A stretch of 64,000 nucleotides of DNA, from NCBI RefSeq assembly GCF_036588685.1, contig NC_086375.1, positions 13,392,001-13,456,000 of the forward strand, read 5' to 3'. The position numbers and the translations under genes are program-made. Below the pieces are notes generated by a model, which saw only the letters and a program-made list of their open reading frames with translations, was not told the origin of the DNA and made no database searches. This document shows, in pieces, positions 52,501-64,000 of this stretch; the stretch's first letter is position 1, and the number at the start of each line of letters is the position of its first letter. The stretch is from Mytilus trossulus. Its lineage: Eukaryota.

Positions 52501-55500
52501 GCCTGTTGTCTCATTGATATATACACACATGATGACACATCTGTATGATTATTGATATCATAAAAACTATAGAAAAATCATGCCCATTGAAATCCTATGC
52601 CCAATTATTGATTATTGGTTATTTAAGGAATGGCTGTAATATTTTTCCTGTCTATGAAAAAATAACATTAAAAATTTGGTGCACAATGGAAAACGTGCGT
52701 AGTGGGTTACTTAACAGTGTGCACCACATTTTTTATGTCATTTCGAATAGACCGAAAATATATTACAGTCATTTCTTATAATTTAATTCTAAATTCCATT
52801 TTAAACCGTAGAAAACCATGAAAAAACGTTGATGACGTCACAGTCACATGACTAAATTATGTTTCTGGGCTGATAACAAAATGACATAGGCCAATCAGAA
52901 GACGTGGTACACCCAAAATTAAATTATTTATTGATATTCAAGACTTACTTGACTGCTACAACAATCATCATCTCAACACATCTTGTCAAAGTAACAAATA
53001 TATTTTAACACATTATAATTTTAAATTACATGCAATGGTTAGGTCATATCTTAAAAAAAGAACATAGTATTTATTTAAGAATCTAAAGCATAGAATATTA
53101 AAAGGTCGCTCTACACCTATAAAAACAATACAGTGTTGTAATCTTTTTAATTGATGCAATGTTTTATTAATTTTGTAAGATGCAAGCTTTTACTAAATAA
53201 TGATAACTAATGTTTCATTCCAGTCTGGTAAATAACTTCTTATCAGCAAATCCACATTGATATTGTATTCTGCAATTCCTTAACACCCGGCCTAATAAAA
53301 TGGAAAATAACCTAACAAATAAAATAAATAAACATTAAAAAGCCTAACCTTATTGGCTGAAAGCATATTACATGGTTCTAGTGACTTATGGTTAGAATGG
53401 TTAAGTGTGAGAGTATGATTAATGTAGGGTTAGTCAGTAAAACAGTGCAGTGTTGAAGGTTAACAGCCATTTAACTGAAGCATCACTGTTTTCCTTTTAA
53501 CATAAATCTATAAATAGTCATACTACTGATGCTTAAGAATTCTAAATAAGATAAAATACATGCTAAGACTAAGAATAGAAGAAATACAGTGATTGTTATG
53601 AATATGACACAAACCTGATTATGTTGCTTTGGTTAAAATATTTATTTTGTTGATAAAATAATTTTGAACAGTAGAATCATTAACAGATTAATACATTTTC
53701 ATTGTAAAAACCAAAATATTTAACGTCATAAGAAAATTTATAAGAATGAATTAAAAACTTCCTGATAAACATTATAAATGCTTAAGGAGCATGATTTTTT
53801 TTCTTGGAAAATAAAATCATTTTTTTTCTAAATTTAGGTCAGTTTGAATGTTAATAGGATCATAATTACATAAATGAATACAAAGTTTCAAAATTTGATT
53901 TATTTTAGTTGATTGCGAGGGGCAATTTATTTTCCTTTAATACAATAAATCAGATTTGCGTCTTCCGTGTTATTATTGTGCAAGGATTAGTAGAAGTACA
54001 TACACCTACACTTACTGATCTAGTAGCCGAGGACAAACTCTCGCCTTTCTTATTATACAACTGTAACTTTACTATAAACATTCCTACAAAAATAAACACA
54101 GATTTAAGATTACTGGTGATTCATTTTTTTTTTGGTGGATTGAGAAAAAAATTGCATTTATGAGTATATTAGATTTTCTGGTTTTGCAGACTGTTACAAA
54201 TTGATACTTCGTAGAACATTTAAATTCATTGTTTACATTTATTCAAGAAAGTTGCTATCCCTCGAATAATAATGAAGCCACAGTATTCCATTGTTTCAAC
54301 AATATTTTTAAAATGTATTTGATGTAGAATAATTGTTAAAGAGACATTCATATTGGCCAATAGAAACTTAACACCTTTTTGTCCATCCTATGATACTAAC
54401 CTAATTCTTTATTTATATTAGATTCTGGTAAATCTAAATTTAACACAATACTGTACAACTGGCCTGTTACAAACATCTACAAAAAATAGAAAGTTGATGA
54501 AAAACCTCAAACAAAATGAATAACCTTATCATATGCAAGTAAATTAAAGCAATATCAGCCAAGAAATAGTAATTTCTTCTAAATTTTAGTTGTACTGATT
54601 ATGATATATTCCTTTCCATTTCTAAGTTGAACTGTTAGATGGAGCTTACTTTGGAAATCTATCATCCATACTTTCTACATACCTTTGACTTTTTTCTTAG
54701 TTGTTGAAATATCCCCAAAACAGTATAATAAAATTTAAACACTTGGTTTTGGTGGTTTGTTTTTATTTTTTGTTGAAGTTATGGTTTTTGATAACACCCT
54801 TAGCATATCTTCTCCATAAACTCAACAACTTTATACCATGGAAATATCATACCACAATTTTTCTCCAGTTTATATATGCAATAGGTTTAATATCATGGAG
54901 GAGTGATTTTTGTTTGTCTGCAAATCATTATTGTGTTCCTCACTTTGACATTGTTTGATATGCCTATAGAAAATATATATATTGAAGAATGGTATTTTGT
55001 TATATAACAGTATATTTTTTTGTTGTCTTGTTGAGAATATAAATTAAAATGAAATGGTTGGTATTTTATACTTTTACACATTTAAAATGTTGGAATAGTT
55101 GTTTGATTGTATGAATGAAGTTGTGTGCATTTCATGGATAAATTGCAATTGACCAAGGTAGACTTGAGCATATGACATTGCTACATTATTACATGACATC
55201 AATGGGCTTTGGCAAATAATTTTTAAGTATCCAATCGAGTCCATGATCATTAATTATAACTATTAAGGTAGTAAGATCGAATGGAAAATGTATAACTTGT
55301 AGATAAAGTAACATACAGTTACCAGTATTTTCAGTATTGATTTTTTTTATATTTATTCTTTTTTTTTTTACAATGTATTCATGTGTTCTTTATTTATAGA
55401 TCATTTTTGTTTTATTTCATATGTTTCACATTGAAGTTATAGCATATGACTTACATTTTCTTGACCATACTTTAACAGGGATATATTAGCTGATGGAAAG

Positions 55501-57691
55501 GAACAAGCACCCATTCCAACATCACATGTCCTGAAATTGAGTAAATGTTATTAGTTCTGAATCTTAATAACAACATCTCTACATTAATAAAGAAATCAAC
55601 AACTCAATCTCCCATAAAAAATTAAAGGTAAAAGGTCAAATGTATTTATATTTTTGTAGGTTAAAGAATAAACAATGTACACAGTTTCATTACTCAACCA
55701 AGATCAAAACATAAAACCTGTGAATGATTAATGAAACTTTCACGTCTTCTGTATCCCTAACACAATGCTAGACATTTTGTAACAAAGGATAGCATATGAA
55801 ATCCATTTACTTAATGGAAATGGCCTTTGAAGATTTTAAATGTTCTCTGTTCCATAGTATTTATAAGTTTGAGAATGATGTCTCAAAATTGGTAGAAAAA
55901 AATATTGTTTTTTCATTTGGTAAACTTGGTCATTTGTCTCAATTGCAAGCTTTTCTGATTCAAACAATTTTAGGCATTTTCTCTTTTGAAATCAAACGGT
56001 TACAGTGTGTGTGATATCAAGTAAGGACTAGGAAATAGTAATATAAATTGTGCAAGGGTATGAATGTCCTTCAATGTCAAGCATCAATATTCTCTTTTTT
56101 GCTTATTGTTAGTGTCAAATTAGCCTTAGTTTTTATGGTCATTCAACAAATCTCAATTCACAGCTACCATTAGTGTCAAGTGGAGTTAAAATTTTATTGT
56201 AAACATTATTCTAACAAATATTTTACCATCATTCCGACATTCGTCATGAAGAGTACCGTACTTCTACCCTCACACTTTGTTCATCCTAATGGAAACATGT
56301 CCCACATACATAAGCTGTGGAACCACCTCTCTTAGGTCCTTACATTATTTTTTTACTATTTCCTGACCATAGATTGTCGAATTCTAGTCAAATCGGCACC
56401 TGGTTAAATCGGCACTTGGTCAAATCCGCACCCAGTATAGTCAAATCGGCACCTAGTCAAATTGGCACCTGGTTAAATCGTCACTTGATGTAGTCAATTC
56501 GGCACCCATGTTAAATTTGTTTAATATATATGTTGTGTACAAGATGTAACTTTGTACAAATTATAATTTGTTATAAGTTTTTTGGCACACATTTTCTTAC
56601 ACCAGGTGATACAACTTTATCTTTAAAAATGTTGTAATTCAATCTTTAAATTCAAATTTATATACTTTAACCTGACATTTCATACTATAACCTTGTCCTC
56701 ACAATGGAAATGAGAATACCTGAATGGTTTAAATTCTAATTTTAATAGTTGTAAAAATATGACAGAAATATGCGAAACAAAAGCTGGTGTTACATGTACT
56801 ATGTACTTGATAAAAAGTTATACGTTTATTTTTTTCCATAAATAAGGCCGTTAGTTTCTCATTTGAATTGTTTTACATTGTCTTATCGGGCCTTTTATAG
56901 CTGACTATGCGGTATGGGCTTTGCTCATTGTTGAAGGCAGTACTGTGACCTATAGTTGTTAATGTTTGTGTCATTTTGGTCTTTTGTGGATAGTTGTCTC
57001 ATTGGCAATCATACCACATCTTCTTTTTTATAATTGAAAAGAAAAATTATCAAAACAATGTAATAAAATCCAACCCCGAAAATAGAACATGATCGAATTT
57101 ATACATTTTTAGAATTATTTATATATATCTGGGACTATTATGCTAGTATACTTAAATTACTTACTAAGCATAATAGTCCCAGTCCCATATGTTATATCAG
57201 ATATTATTGGATGCCGTATTGACTTTAAATTGGTGCCGATTTGACTAGATGCAGAATTAACCAGGTGCCGATTTGACTTTTTCAATGGGTGCTGATTTGA
57301 CTTTTTCAATGGGTGCTGATTTGACCAGGTGCCGATTTGACTTGTACCCAGAATTTGTCCGCTCAAGTCAAAATTATATTACCTACGGTTCCGCAGCTAC
57401 ACATGCATGCATCCTTTTATTTAATGGATGCACAATTATCTAAGACACTTCTATGCTTGCATCAATATAAAAAAATTACCTAAAGTTGAGATGAACTGGA
57501 AGAATATATGATTCGGTTGGCATATAAGAATAATAAAAACTGCCATACATGAAAACTGACAGCCATAGTAAAATTATAAATACAAATATCACAATGATAA
57601 TTGTTGTTACTGCATTTTTTAACTTGAAAAAACTTTGTTTTGTTGTTTCTTGAAACCAGTCTATGGTGTTTCTTATGAACATCAAAATCAT
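46597..57691 (-). CDS. BSCL2: Seipin (lipid droplet biogenesis protein), 8 coding exons, ~345 aa. Exons: 57480-57691, 55455-55530, 54401-54476, 54016-54083, 51671-51805, 50928-51025, 50205-50416, 46597-46757
   Basis: Phase-consistent GT-AG exons encode [18 protein letters not shown]...[25 protein letters not shown]-...[17 protein letters not shown]...[31 protein letters not shown]...-[21 protein letters not shown], a second TM segment and a C-terminal LRHR. These are hallmark seipin motifs. Confidence 0.95.
47297..50059 (+). mobile_element. Helentron-associated non-autonomous element (HINE-like) with five tandem ~500-bp core repeats, in the last seipin intron
   Basis: 5' TTTTTAGCTCACC..GTGAGC, CGTCCGTTGTCCGGCG microsatellite, units starting ATCTAGTTTAAAATTTG at 47441, 47941, 48441, 48941 and ~49434. 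The 3' end has subTIR GGTGAGC (50025-50031), hairpin AGGCTCT-TT-AGAGCCT and CTAGTTT. Confidence 0.8.
52624..52778. mobile_element. Long fold-back (hairpin) non-autonomous DNA element
   Basis: TAAGGAATGGCTGTAATATTT...TGGTGCAC...GTGCACCA...ATATTACAGTCATTTCTTA arms. Confidence 0.6.
56379..57349. mobile_element. MULE/foldback-like element with multiple inverted subterminal repeats and a nested dispersed repeat
   Basis: AAATCGGCACC-like motif repeated ~7x at the left end and GGTGCCGATTT-like motif ~6x at the right end; no clean TSD found. Confidence 0.6.
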
Positions 57692-58460
57692 TGCGAAAGT
57701 TCTTGCTTTGTTTACATCTGAAATTTTTCGAACTTTGAACCTTAAAATTTATTTAGTTTCGGACTCATTTTTTTCTAAAATATTATTTTGAAATACAGGA
57801 TAATTTTCTATTTTAAATATGTTTACTAAATGGATTTATTTATTAATGAACTAGAAAAGAATATCGAGTCAAATGATTAATGTTGATTATTTTACGAAAC
57901 TACAGATAAACTTAATCCGCCATTTGGTTCAAGAAATAGAGAATGGCACAATGAAATTAATATATTTTTCTGGTTTCTAGTCACATTTTTACAACTGTTC
58001 TGTATCCATAAAGAGGTATTGATTGATGTCACCAAAACAGATATATTTTATTGAAAAATTATGACTCATAAGATGATACACAGTAATACATTCTGACACA
58101 CCATGTTCGTTTTGAAGATAATTTCGACGAACTGTTGAATGTCACGTTTTTAAAAGCTTTCGTTTACAAAGCAAGCCAAGCTGTCCTTTTTTTTCAAACA
58201 CTGCTCACGCAACAAGTCAACATTCTGTTACCACTACGAATTGCCATACTGCAGAGAATTGAAAGTATAGTTCATCCTTTCCTATTTCATTTTATAAAAT
58301 GGCTAAATCAGTATCACTAAATCACTAAAATGAATCAAAAGTTCAATTGTTATTTTTCTAAAAAATAAATTCTTACTGTAAACAGTTTCGTATTAAAGTA
58401 AAACGAATGAATTGTCTTGGTTGTACTATTATATTATAATTATAAAGACATCCTAGGTAA
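57692..58460. promoter_or_regulatory. Probable bidirectional promoter region shared by seipin (-) and poly(A) polymerase (+)
   Basis: Divergent genes; YY1-like CCGCCATTT at ~57917-57925; relatively more CpG than the flanks. PAP's first visible exon starts at a splice acceptor, so an upstream exon must lie here. Confidence 0.5.
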
Positions 58461-58606
58461 AAAATTGGATGATATGGACCAAAAGTTATTATTTAAAGGG
58501 AGACCACTCTGTTCCAAACTATTATGAGTCTGGGTCTGCTGGTCTGTTTAAAATCACATTCCTTCCAATTCAGTTTGGCCCCTTTCATGGTTGCACCCAA
58601 CACTTT

Positions 58607-59237
58607 CAAACAAAACTTTTTGACAAAAGAGATGATTTCAGCTTTCCAATTGTGAACTTTCCATTTCTAAGAAGTAACATTCCAGCAGCATCTGGCTGCA
58701 TACAGGGTATATATCTCCCAATTGATATAATATTCCTGTGCATACATTTCCTATCATGATGTTCTTGATAGAGAGTTGCTGCTCACAAGGAAGCTATTAA
58801 ACCAAGAGTTCCAAATGGTGAAGTTGAAATCATCCCTTCATAAATTTTATGGACGCCATCACAAGTTGGTTGACTGTTATGGAATAACTGTTTCACTAAT
58901 TATATCAGATATGTTACTTATGTCGTATATACAATTCCCTTCCCTTTCATGAATGTGACCTACCGAAATTAGACTATTTACTAGATCTGTTATCACATTT
59001 ATAAGCAACATGACAGGTGCCACATGTATGTGGAGCAGGATCTGGTTACCTTTACGGAGCACCTGAGATCACCCCTTGTTTTTGGTGGGGTTTGTGTTGC
59101 CAATTCTTTAATTTTCTATTTTGTGTCATGAGTATTATTGTTTGTCTGTTTGTCCTTTCATTTTTAGCCATGGCGTTGTCAGTTTATTTTCGATTTATGA
59201 GGTTGACTGTCCCTTTGGTATCTTTCGTCCCTCTTTT
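58607..59237 (+). mobile_element. Degenerate Penelope-like retroelement fragment (RT C-terminal part plus tail)
   Basis: TKLFDKRDDFSFPIVNFPFLRSNIPAA..G.Y.SQLI..LLTRKLL motif with frameshifts, followed by the GAGCAGGATCTG.TTACC..CGGAGCACCTGAG tail. A shorter relative lies at ~41620-41830. Confidence 0.7.
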
Positions 59238-59497
59238 TAAAGATTTTGTTTTTGAATATTTTTTCTTTCCGATAGTAGACATTTTTGAATTGCCATTCCA
59301 TATATTCTGAAAGGGTGCTAGGACAACAATGTATTGTTTTACTATTGTCACTAAGTTTATGATCATGTGATAATTATATTCATTGATATTTGTTTAAAAT
59401 ACTGAAAGAATGATATTTTTGATAGAATTTATTATGATTTTTCTTATTGTATATGAGTTTTTACTATTTTGATTCAAATACATGTATTTTGTAGACA

Positions 59498-64000
<4,503 letters not shown>

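Noticed and set aside
57990-58330. U12-type first intron for the poly(A) polymerase (GTATCC/GTATCA-like sites)
   Set aside because: No full GTATCCTT donor and no TCCTTAAC branch site before the 59494 acceptor.
58469-58759. 96-aa ORF as an independent gene
   Set aside because: Frameshifted fragment of a Penelope-like reverse transcriptase.

Overview
AT-rich eukaryotic (animal) genomic DNA with spliceosomal introns. The dispersed-repeat landscape resembles mytilid mussels (Mytilus-like bivalve); this is an inference, not a database result. I assembled six protein-coding loci by hand. (1) A 10+-exon J-domain (DnaJ/Hsp40, HPD motif) gene on the minus strand that runs off the left edge. (2) A single-coding-exon DUF2236/MpaB'-Lcp-type heme oxygenase-like gene that keeps the Lcp R-x-x-K-T...H heme-site pattern. 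(3, 4) A tandem pair of intronless DUF4326 genes (CWCxPxxCHGD motif; family known mainly from bacteria, phages and giant viruses). Both show signs of purifying selection and of integration into host splicing and polyadenylation. (5) A complete 8-exon seipin (BSCL2) gene on the minus strand. (6) A head-to-head canonical poly(A) polymerase gene that runs off the right edge. Between these lie a ~7 kb 18-bp minisatellite whose minus-strand frame reads (HHHNDL)n, with its commonest variants synonymous in that frame, and a 7.3 kb non-autonomous TIR transposon packed with TGAC-N8-GTCA dyads. There are also Helitron/Helentron-type elements, many MITEs with readable TSDs, a tRNA-derived SINE, a Penelope-like RT fragment and a candidate minimal hammerhead ribozyme. 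Best candidates for something undescribed: the domesticated DUF4326 pair, the His-rich repeat frame and the Lcp-like oxygenase.
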